UHGV virus genome: UHGV-1810643
DNA from: a virus
Direction: 5' to 3' (one strand)
Length of the DNA: 13,815 bases
The notes below the pieces were generated by a model, which worked only from the letters and a program-made list of their open reading frames with translations, ran no database searches and was not told the DNA's origin. Position 1 is the stretch's first letter; each line of letters opens with the position of its first letter. Position numbers and translations under genes: made by a program. Positions 7,842 to 13,815 of the stretch are shown one piece after another.

Positions 7842-7858
7842 TGGTGGCCTTTATTTTT
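7830..7858 (+). terminator. Weak hairpin plus T-run after ral (possible terminator)
   Basis: 5-bp stem aaggc / gcctt with 12-nt loop followed by tattttt; weak. Confidence 0.3.
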
Positions 7859-7977
7859 GGCATAAACAACAGAATAAACACAGCACTGTGTATTCATTCC
7901 AACGAGTGAATACACGGAGCAATGTCGCTCGTAACTAAACAGGAGCCGACTTGTTCTGATTATTGGAAATCTTCTTT

Positions 7978-8003
7978 GCCCTCCAATGTGAGGGCGATTT
8001 TTT
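7978..8003 (+). terminator. Rho-independent terminator upstream of ea10
   Basis: Perfect 6-bp stem gccctc (7978..7983) / gagggc (7990..7995), 6-nt loop, then gatttttt. Confidence 0.6.
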
Positions 8004-8023
8004 ATCTGTGAGGATATGAATAG

Positions 8024-8392
8024 ATGTCAAACATCAAAAAATACATCATTGATTACGACTGGAAAGCATCAATAGAAATTGAAATCGACCATGACGTAAT
8101 GACAGAGGAAAAACTTCACCAGATTAATAATTTCTGGTCAGACTCTGAATACCGACTCAATAAACACGGCTCTGTATTAAATGCTGTATTAATCATGCTG
8201 GCGCAACATGCTCTGCTTATAGCAATTTCAAGCGACTTAAATGCATATGGTGTTGTGTGTGAGTTCGACTGGAATGATGGAAATGGTCAGGAAGGATGGC
8301 CTCCAATGGATGGTAGCGAAGGAATAAGAATTACCGATATCGATACATCAGGAATATTTGATTCAGATGATATGACTATCAAAGCCGCCTGA
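8024..8392 (+). CDS. ea10: Ea10-like protein (122 aa)
   Basis: ORF track; size and position after ral match lambda ea10; GAGGA SD upstream. Confidence 0.75.
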   Translation: MSNIKKYIIDYDWKASIEIEIDHDVMTEEKLHQINNFWSDSEYRLNKHGSVLNAVLIMLAQHALLIAISSDLNAYGVVCEFDWNDGNGQEGWPPMDGSEGIRITDIDTSGIFDSDDMTIKAA

Positions 8393-8467
8393 GCGCGGCT
8401 TTACCGCATACCAATAATGCTTCACGAGAGGCATTTTCGTTATGCAATCAAATATAAGGAGTTACCC

Positions 8468-8602
8468 ATGATGCACTTTCAGCTCGCGGGTAGCGGCGTC
8501 ATGTCCGCTTTCTACCCGCACGAATCTGAATTATCACGCCGAATTAAACAATTAATCAGAGCAGCAAAGAAACAACTGGAGGCGTTATGCGCAATGAAAT
8601 AG
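8468..8602 (+). CDS. cIII: CIII-like protease inhibitor (44 aa), divergent from lambda CIII
   Basis: Start at ATG 8468 with AGGAG 6 nt upstream (ORF-track extension to 8417 lacks an SD); ESELSRRIKQLIRAAKKQL resembles the conserved CIII helix. Confidence 0.7.
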   Translation: MMHFQLAGSGVMSAFYPHESELSRRIKQLIRAAKKQLEALCAMK

Positions 8603-8739
8603 CCATTAATCACCAGATGCTTCGTGCTGCACAGAACAAAGCAGTAATAGCCAGATTTATTGGTGATTCCAAAATGTGGCTTGAAGCAAATAAAGCGATG
8701 AAATCAGCGATCAACATTCCGTGGTATCGCAGGAAATGA
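8587..8739 (+). CDS. Kil-like small protein (50 aa)
   Basis: ATG at 8587 with GGAGG SD; overlaps cIII end as kil does in lambda/P22; below ORF-track cutoff; assigned by position only. Confidence 0.5.
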   Translation: MRNEIAINHQMLRAAQNKAVIARFIGDSKMWLEANKAMKSAINIPWYRRK

Positions 8740-8814
8740 GTTTTACAGATAACTGGTCAGACGAAGAATTCATTCGTCAGATGAAAGATTTAATCGGTAA
8801 CGAAGGAGATATGC

Positions 8815-8985
8815 ATGTCACTTGCAACCACAGTGAAGGAGAGCAAGTTACAGAGACGCATGTACACTCAGCAGGCGTTAATGTATCGCCAGAAGGGAGA
8901 TCGTGAAGGTGTTCGCGTATTTTTAAATGCGGCAAAGACTGAAGTATTAAATCAGCGTTATTTCCTTGTGCCATGTCCATTCTGA
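8815..8985 (+). CDS. Arf-like small basic protein (56 aa) immediately upstream of erf
   Basis: ATG at 8815 with AGGAG 6 nt upstream; ends 10 nt before erf; assigned by position; alternative ORF 8736..8906 overlaps in another frame. Confidence 0.4.
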   Translation: MSLATTVKESKLQRRMYTQQALMYRQKGDREGVRVFLNAAKTEVLNQRYFLVPCPF

Positions 8986-8995
8986 GAACAAACAT

Positions 8996-9601
8996 ATGAG
9001 CAAAGAATTTTACGCAAGACTGGCAGCCATTCAGGAGAATCTGAACGCGCCAAAGAATCAGTACAACTCATTCGGTAAATATAAATACAGAAGCTGCGAA
9101 GACATTCTTGAAGGCGTTAAGCCGTTACTGAATGGCCTGTTTTTATCAATCAGCGATGAAGTTGTGTTGATTGGTGATCGGTATTACGTGAAAGCCACGG
9201 CAACTATTACCGATGGCGAAAACAGTCATACGGCAACCGCACTAGCACGAGAGGAAGAAAGCAAGAAAGGAATGGATTCTGCACAAGTTACGGGCGCTAC
9301 AAGCTCTTATGCACGCAAGTATTGCCTCAATGGTTTGTTCGGCATTGATGATGCGAAAGATGCAGATACAGACGAGCATAAACATCAGCAGAGCGCAGCA
9401 GCAAAGCAATCAAAACCATCACCTACACCTGAACAGGTTCTAAAAGCATTCACTGACGCAGCATTGCAGAAAAACACCGTGGAAGAGCTTAAACAGGCGT
9501 TCGCCAAAGCGTGGAAGATGCTCGAAGGCACACCGGAGCAGCAAAAAGCGCAGGACGTTTACAACATCAGACGAGACGAATTAGAAGGAGCGGCTGCTTA
9601 A
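8996..9601 (+). CDS. erf: Erf single-strand annealing recombinase (201 aa)
   Basis: Protein from MSKEFYARLAAIQENLNAPKNQYNSFGKYKYRSCEDILEGVKPLL matches P22 Erf as recalled; start at internal ATG 8996 rather than ORF-track 8966. Confidence 0.9.
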   Translation: MSKEFYARLAAIQENLNAPKNQYNSFGKYKYRSCEDILEGVKPLLNGLFLSISDEVVLIGDRYYVKATATITDGENSHTATALAREEESKKGMDSAQVTGATSSYARKYCLNGLFGIDDAKDADTDEHKHQQSAAAKQSKPSPTPEQVLKAFTDAALQKNTVEELKQAFAKAWKMLEGTPEQQKAQDVYNIRRDELEGAAA

Positions 9602-9984
9602 TGGCACATTCGATTACTGTAAGACTAAACAAGCCCGTAAGAGAGTTTCAGGCCGGGGAAAATATCGGATTCAACATCCGTGCTGGCGTTCAGTATTACG
9701 ATCGCCAGACAAAAAAGAAAGAATGGACAAACTACAGCGCCGTTGTATTTGCCAAGCCGGGAGCGCAAGCGGATTACTACCGTAGTGTTCTTGTTGAAGG
9801 TGGCATTGTAGAAATTACCGGAGAAAACATCAGGGTTGATGTTTATCAGGGGCAAAATGGTCAATCAATCACTCTTGAATTACTGAATGCAAAGATTGGA
9901 TTTGCAGCTTCAGGAAATGGCCCGCAGCAGCAAAGTAGTAATCATCAAAATCATCCTGAATACGACGATTCAATTCCCTTCTAA
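9601..9984 (+). CDS. Short SSB-like protein (127 aa) with C-terminal acidic DDSIPF tail
   Basis: ATG at 9601 overlapping the erf stop; OB-fold-like core; C-terminus PEYDDSIPF resembles the E. coli SSB tail DDDIPF. Confidence 0.7.
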   Translation: MAHSITVRLNKPVREFQAGENIGFNIRAGVQYYDRQTKKKEWTNYSAVVFAKPGAQADYYRSVLVEGGIVEITGENIRVDVYQGQNGQSITLELLNAKIGFAASGNGPQQQSSNHQNHPEYDDSIPF

Positions 9985-10007
9985 ATTAGCAAAATAAGGA
10001 TTCCATT

Positions 10008-10304
10008 ATGCCAGCGCCTCTGTATGGTGCGGACGACGCGCGCCGCTGTTCCGGCAATTCCGTATCGGAGGTGCTGGATAAATTCAGAAAAAACTACGAT
10101 CGGATAATGTCGCTACCGCAGGAAACGAAAGAGGAAAAGGAATTTCGCCACTGTATATGGCTTGCAGAGAAAGAAGAACGCGAGCGAATTTACCAGACAT
10201 CAATCCGACCATTCCGCAAAGCCACATATACCAACTTCCCTGAATATATCGAACCGCGCCTGCGTAATTACCGCTCACGCTATGGCGCTATCAGTAATGA
10301 CTGA
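10008..10304 (+). CDS. Abc2-like anti-RecBCD protein (98 aa), tentative
   Basis: ORF track; AAGGA SD; size and position after erf consistent with P22 abc2; identity from memory only. Confidence 0.5.
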   Translation: MPAPLYGADDARRCSGNSVSEVLDKFRKNYDRIMSLPQETKEEKEFRHCIWLAEKEERERIYQTSIRPFRKATYTNFPEYIEPRLRNYRSRYGAISND

Positions 10305-10314
10305 GGAATTTACC

Positions 10315-10482
10315 ATGAGAGGACTTGCATACAATCCCGGCATTCTTCCGGCAGAAATGATTATTCGCCAACGCGTAAAGCCAATGCCATCGAGAGAGGA
10401 ATTGCTTAAGAGAAATTCTTTTCCATCAGTGAATCAAAACAAATATCTGAATGCGATGTGGCGCAAAGGAGGCAACCAGTGA
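10315..10482 (+). CDS. Hypothetical 55-aa protein
   Basis: ATG at 10315 with GAGGAA SD 7 nt upstream; stop overlaps the next gene's GTG start (GTGA). Confidence 0.35.
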   Translation: MRGLAYNPGILPAEMIIRQRVKPMPSREELLKRNSFPSVNQNKYLNAMWRKGGNQ

Positions 10483-11204
10483 GCAAGATTGATTATCAAA
10501 AGCTTCGTGAAATCGCTGAAAAAACAAAAATTGCTGGTGAAGCACCTGTAATGCCTTTCGATCAGCGAATTAATGCGCTTAACGATTTTATGAAGCACTT
10601 TTCGCCAGATATCGCGCTGGCATTGTTGGATGAACGGGAAAGAAACCAGCAATACATCAAACGCCGCGACCAGGAGAACGAGGATATTGCGCTTACGGTT
10701 GGGAGGCTGCGCGTTGAGCTGGAAGGCAAAGACAGCAAAATAGCCAATCTTACCGCCGAACGCGATGCTCTTCGTGAAGGTGAGATGGGCGACGCTAGGC
10801 ATAGCAACACACGGGCCGCAGCTGATATCTACTTCCAACTGGTCGAGGAATGCGAAATTCCTGCTGGCGGATCTCTGGTCGAGTACGTTGACGATATGCG
10901 CGAGAAGCTGGAAGCCGCAGAGAAGCGCATTGCAGAACTGGAAGCACGGGAAATAAAACCAGCCAAAGGCGAAGTTCTTGTCGTTGTTTCTGGTTTTACT
11001 GGTTGCGGAAAAAGCGCCATCGCCGGGGAAATAGAAATCGCGATGAAGGCTATTGGTGTACCGGTTCAGTGGACTAATGGCGATGTGGAAAAGCGCATGA
11101 CAGGAGCTGACTGGCTGACAGCGATTGAGATGTACAAACCAACAGTGCGCATCGTGGAAGTTAATGTGCCACGCGCCGCAGGCATTCGCATCAAAGGAGA
11201 GTGA
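10479..11204 (+). CDS. Ea22-like coiled-coil protein (241 aa) with divergent C-terminal region containing a Walker A-like motif
   Basis: GTG at 10479 with AGGAGG 6 nt upstream; [27 protein letters not shown] and terminal GIRIKGE match lambda Ea22 as recalled; body differs. Confidence 0.65.
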   Translation: MSKIDYQKLREIAEKTKIAGEAPVMPFDQRINALNDFMKHFSPDIALALLDERERNQQYIKRRDQENEDIALTVGRLRVELEGKDSKIANLTAERDALREGEMGDARHSNTRAAADIYFQLVEECEIPAGGSLVEYVDDMREKLEAAEKRIAELEAREIKPAKGEVLVVVSGFTGCGKSAIAGEIEIAMKAIGVPVQWTNGDVEKRMTGADWLTAIEMYKPTVRIVEVNVPRAAGIRIKGE

Positions 11205-11406
11205 GATGAGCAGGAATACGGGTTTGTAAAAGATAACGCTTGTGAAAATGCTGAATTTCGCGTCGTCTTCACAGCGATGCCAGAGTCTGTAGTGTCAGAT
11301 GATGACCTTACTCAAACATCGGGTTGAGTATTATCTTACTGTTTCTTTACATAAACATTGCTGATACCGTTTAGCTGAAACGACATACATTGCAAGGAGT
11401 TTATAA

Positions 11407-11688
11407 ATGAGTATCAATGAGTTAGAGTCTGAGCAAAAAGATTGGGCGTTATCAATGTTGTGCAGATCCGGTGTCTTGTTTCCATGCAGACATCACGAAG
11501 GTGTTTATGTAGATGAAGGTATAGATATAGAGTCGGCATACAAATATTCCATGAAGGTTTATAAGTCTAATGAAGACAAATCCCCATTCTGCAATGTGCG
11601 AGAAATGACTGATACCGTGCAAAATTATTATCACGAGTACGGTGGAAACGATACTTGCCCTCTCTGTACAAAACATATAGATGATTAA
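11407..11688 (+). CDS. ea8.5: Ea8.5-like protein (93 aa), Cys/His-rich
   Basis: ORF track; AAGGAG 7 nt upstream; size and position match lambda ea8.5; C..C / C..C / HH pattern. Confidence 0.75.
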   Translation: MSINELESEQKDWALSMLCRSGVLFPCRHHEGVYVDEGIDIESAYKYSMKVYKSNEDKSPFCNVREMTDTVQNYYHEYGGNDTCPLCTKHIDD

Positions 11689-11705
11689 ACCAAATATTAC
11701 ATAAC

Positions 11706-11763
11706 AATCCTCGCACTCGCGGGGATTTCTTTTATCTGAACTCGCTACGGCGAGTTTTGTTTT
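11706..11763 (+). terminator. Tandem rho-independent terminators after ea8.5
   Basis: Hairpin aatcctcgc..gcggggatt then tctttt (11706..11734); perfect 7-bp stem aactcgc/gcgagtt, loop tacg, then ttgtttt (11739..11763). Confidence 0.6.
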
Positions 11764-11776
11764 ATGGAGATGATAA

Positions 11777-11944
11777 ATGCACTTCCGAGTCACAGGTGAA
11801 TGGAATGGAGAGTCATTCGACAGGGTTATCGAAGCAGAGGACATCAACGACTGCTATAACCACTGGATGATATGGGCGCAGATAGCGCATGCAGACGTAA
11901 CCAATATTCGAATTGAAGAACTGAAAGAACACCAAACCGCCTGA
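11777..11944 (+). CDS. Hypothetical 55-aa protein (matches the unnamed lambda ORF between ea8.5 and xis as recalled)
   Basis: ATG at 11777 with GGAG 7 nt upstream; below ORF-track cutoff. Confidence 0.5.
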   Translation: MHFRVTGEWNGESFDRVIEAEDINDCYNHWMIWAQIAHADVTNIRIEELKEHQTA

Positions 11945-11957
11945 TGGCGGTTTTTTA
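11937..11957 (+). terminator. Terminator hairpin overlapping the stop of the 55-aa ORF
   Basis: Stem ccgcc (11937..11941) / ggcgg (11946..11950), loop tgat, then tttttt. Confidence 0.55.
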
Positions 11958-11970
11958 TTGGAGACAAGAA

Positions 11971-12315
11971 ATGTCAGATTTGGCTATGAAGGTTTTGAAA
12001 TGGCAATCGACTGGCGATGTCGGCATCAGTAGCGCAACTCTTGCCTCAATCGCATGTGGACTGAAAAAGAATATCTATGGTCATCACTTCGGCGCTCCAC
12101 ATGACGCAGCCGATTTCCGACGATGCGTTGCACTGGTTGAGCAGATCCCAGAAATCAGAGATTCATTCGACAAGGTTGCAAAGCGCGTTCCGGCATTCAA
12201 AGGCATCCTCACCGAATGGGATTCCCTCGTTGCTCTGTTGAAGTCTGAAATGAAGATACACGGAAACAAAGCACCAGAGACTTACAGAAGAATTAGCGAG
12301 TTACGCAAGGACTAA
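11971..12315 (+). CDS. Hypothetical protein (114 aa) inserted between the 55-aa ORF and xis
   Basis: ATG at 11971 with GGAGA SD (ORF-track start 11944 lacks an SD); no similarity recognised; no counterpart in lambda as recalled. Confidence 0.6.
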   Translation: MSDLAMKVLKWQSTGDVGISSATLASIACGLKKNIYGHHFGAPHDAADFRRCVALVEQIPEIRDSFDKVAKRVPAFKGILTEWDSLVALLKSEMKIHGNKAPETYRRISELRKD

Positions 12316-12373
12316 CCACAGCCTCACACTCGATGAGGCCCGTTCATTTCTCAAGATATCCAGACCTACCATT

Positions 12374-12396
12374 GCCGCATCAATGCGGCTTTTCTT
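12374..12396 (+). terminator. Terminator-like hairpin upstream of xis
   Basis: Stem gccgca (12374..12379) / tgcggc (12384..12389), loop tcaa, then ttttctt. Confidence 0.5.
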
Positions 12397-12408
12397 GCGT
12401 GTAATTGC
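12395..12408 (+). promoter_or_regulatory. pI-type CII binding site (TTGC-N6-TTGC) upstream of / overlapping xis start
   Basis: ttgc 12395..12398, six nt, ttgc 12405..12408, as in lambda pI. Confidence 0.5.
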
Positions 12409-12420
12409 GGAGACTTTGCG

Positions 12421-12639
12421 ATGTACTTGACACTTCAGGAGTGGAACGCACGCCAGCGACGCCCAAGAAGCCTTGAAACAGTTCGTCGATGGGTGCGCGA
12501 ATGCAGGATATTCCCTCCTCCGGTTAAGGATGGAAGAGAGTATCTGTTCCACGAATCAGCGGTAAAGGTTGACTTAAATCGACCAGTAACAGGTAGCCTT
12601 TTGAAGAGGATCAGAAATGGGAAGAAGGCGAAGTCATGA
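12421..12639 (+). CDS. xis: Excisionase Xis (72 aa)
   Basis: ORF-track protein MYLTLQEWNARQRRPRSLETVRRWVRECRIFPPPVKDGREYLFHESAVKVDLNRPVTGSLLKRIRNGKKAKS matches lambda Xis as recalled. Confidence 0.95.
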   Translation: MYLTLQEWNARQRRPRSLETVRRWVRECRIFPPPVKDGREYLFHESAVKVDLNRPVTGSLLKRIRNGKKAKS

Positions 12640-13687
12640 GCGCCGGGATTTACCCCCTAACCTTTATATAAGAAACAATGGATATTACTGCTACAGGGAC
12701 CCAAGGACGGGTAAAGAGTTTGGATTAGGCCGAGACAGGAGGATAGCAATCACTGAAGCTATACAGGCCAACATTGAGTTATTTTCAGGACACAAACACA
12801 AGCCTCTGACAGCGAGAATCAACAGTGATAATTCTGTTACGTTACATTCATGGCTTGATCGCTACGAAAAAATCCTCGCCAGCAGAGGAATCAAGCAGAA
12901 GACACTCATAAATTACATGAGCAAAATTAAAGCAATAAGGAGGGGCCTGCCTGATGCTCCACTTGAAGACATCACCACAAAAGAAATTGCAGCAATGCTC
13001 AATGGATACATAGACGAGGGCAAGGCGGCGTCAGCCAAGTTAATCAGATCAACACTGAGCGATGCATTCCGAGAGGCAATAGCTGAAGGCCATATAACAA
13101 CAAACCCGGTCGCTGCCACTCGCGCAGCAAAATCAGAGGTAAGGAGATCAAGACTTACGGCTGACGAATACCTGAAAATTTATCAAGCAGCAGAATCATC
13201 ACCATGTTGGCTCAGACTTGCAATGGAACTGGCTGTTGTTACCGGGCAGCGAGTTGGGGATTTATGCGAAATGAAGTGGTCTGATATCGTAGATGGATAT
13301 CTTTATGTCGAGCAAAGCAAAACAGGCGTAAAAATTGCCATCCCTACAACATTGCATGTTGATGCTCTCGGGATATCAATGAAGGAAACACTTGATAAAT
13401 GCAAAGAGATTCTTGGCGGAGAAACCATAATTGCATCTACTCGTCGTGAACCGCTTTCATCCGGCACAGTATCAAGGTATTTTATGCGCGCACGAAAAGC
13501 ATCAGGTCTTTCCTTCGAAGGGGATCCGCCTACCTTTCACGAGTTGCGCAGTTTGTCTGCAAGACTCTATGAGAAGCAGATAAGCGATAAGTTTGCTCAA
13601 CATCTTCTCGGGCATAAGTCGGACACCATGGCATCACAGTATCGTGATGACAGAGGCAGGGAGTGGGACAAAATTGAAATCAAATAA
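12617..13687 (+). CDS. int: Tyrosine integrase Int (356 aa)
   Basis: ORF-track protein matches lambda Int as recalled; 23-nt overlap with xis as in lambda. Confidence 0.97.
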   Translation: MGRRRSHERRDLPPNLYIRNNGYYCYRDPRTGKEFGLGRDRRIAITEAIQANIELFSGHKHKPLTARINSDNSVTLHSWLDRYEKILASRGIKQKTLINYMSKIKAIRRGLPDAPLEDITTKEIAAMLNGYIDEGKAASAKLIRSTLSDAFREAIAEGHITTNPVAATRAAKSEVRRSRLTADEYLKIYQAAESSPCWLRLAMELAVVTGQRVGDLCEMKWSDIVDGYLYVEQSKTGVKIAIPTTLHVDALGISMKETLDKCKEILGGETIIASTRREPLSSGTVSRYFMRARKASGLSFEGDPPTFHELRSLSARLYEKQISDKFAQHLLGHKSDTMASQYRDDRGREWDKIEIK

Positions 13688-13696
13688 TGATTTTAT

Positions 13697-13815
13697 TTTG
13701 ACTGATAGTGACCTGTTCGTTACAACAAATTGATAAGCAATGCTTTTTTATAATGCCAACTTAGTATAAAAAAGCAGGCTTCAACGGATTCATTTTTCTA
13801 TTTCATAGCCCGGAG
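13697..13815. other. attP: P' arm with arm-type Int sites and IHF H' site, 15-bp core (13761..13775), start of P arm truncated by window end
   Basis: Core ttagtataaaaaagc is the reverse complement of the lambda att core GCTTTTTTATACTAA; arm-type repeats in tgactgatagtgacctg (13700..13716); IHF-like TATCAATTTGTTG on the minus strand; core centre about 81 bp from the int stop. Confidence 0.85.

Noticed and set aside
7664-7915. Minus-strand 83-aa ORF overlapping ral
   Set aside because: Antisense to ral and runs through an intergenic hairpin
7886-7917. LexA (SOS) box at the ral-ea10 inverted repeat
   Set aside because: The sequence starts with CTGT but lacks the matching ACAG half-site at the LexA spacing
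8417-8602. ORF-track 61-aa version of cIII starting at 8417
   Set aside because: The upstream 17 codons have no SD, whereas the internal ATG at 8468 has a well-placed AGGAG
8777-8995. Minus-strand 72-aa ORF
   Set aside because: Antisense within the pL operon between kil-like and erf
9511-9984. ORF-track 157-aa version of the SSB-like gene
   Set aside because: The upstream 30 codons overlap erf out of frame; the ATG at 9601 gives the usual stop-start overlap
10084-11272. Minus-strand ORFs 10084..10278, 10434..10838, 10562..10810, 10829..11020, 11066..11272 and plus-strand 10765..10956
   Set aside because: All overlap the better-supported plus-strand genes in antisense or alternative frames
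11452-11847. Minus-strand 131-aa ORF across ea8.5 and the tandem terminators
   Set aside because: Runs antisense through two intrinsic terminators and ea8.5
12084-12552. Minus-strand ORFs 12084..12269 and 12301..12552
   Set aside because: Antisense to the 114-aa ORF and to xis / the pI region
12913-13119. Minus-strand 68-aa ORF inside int
   Set aside because: Antisense to int

Overview
The window is a lambdoid temperate-phage (prophage) segment, in reverse orientation to the conventional lambda map. It runs from the start of ninB through the replication genes, the immunity region, the pL early operon, xis and int, to a truncated attP. All identifications are from reading the sequence and from memory of lambda/P22 proteins; no database search was run. 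The immunity region (cro, OR, cI, rexA, rexB, OL/pL, nutL, N) and the integration module (xis, int, attP) look lambda-type. Several modules differ from lambda with junctions at gene boundaries: an O-like initiator with its own iteron origin plus a 626-aa primase-helicase replace O/P/ren; an Erf-type recombination module (cIII-like, kil-like, arf-like, erf, short SSB, abc2-like) replaces exo/bet/gam; cII and the C-terminus of N are divergent; sieB is absent. The two best candidates for undescribed accessory functions are a compact three-gene cassette between tR2 and ninB (108..835) and a terminator-flanked single-gene moron between the 55-aa ORF and xis (11937..12396). No rRNA, tRNA or CRISPR array was seen.
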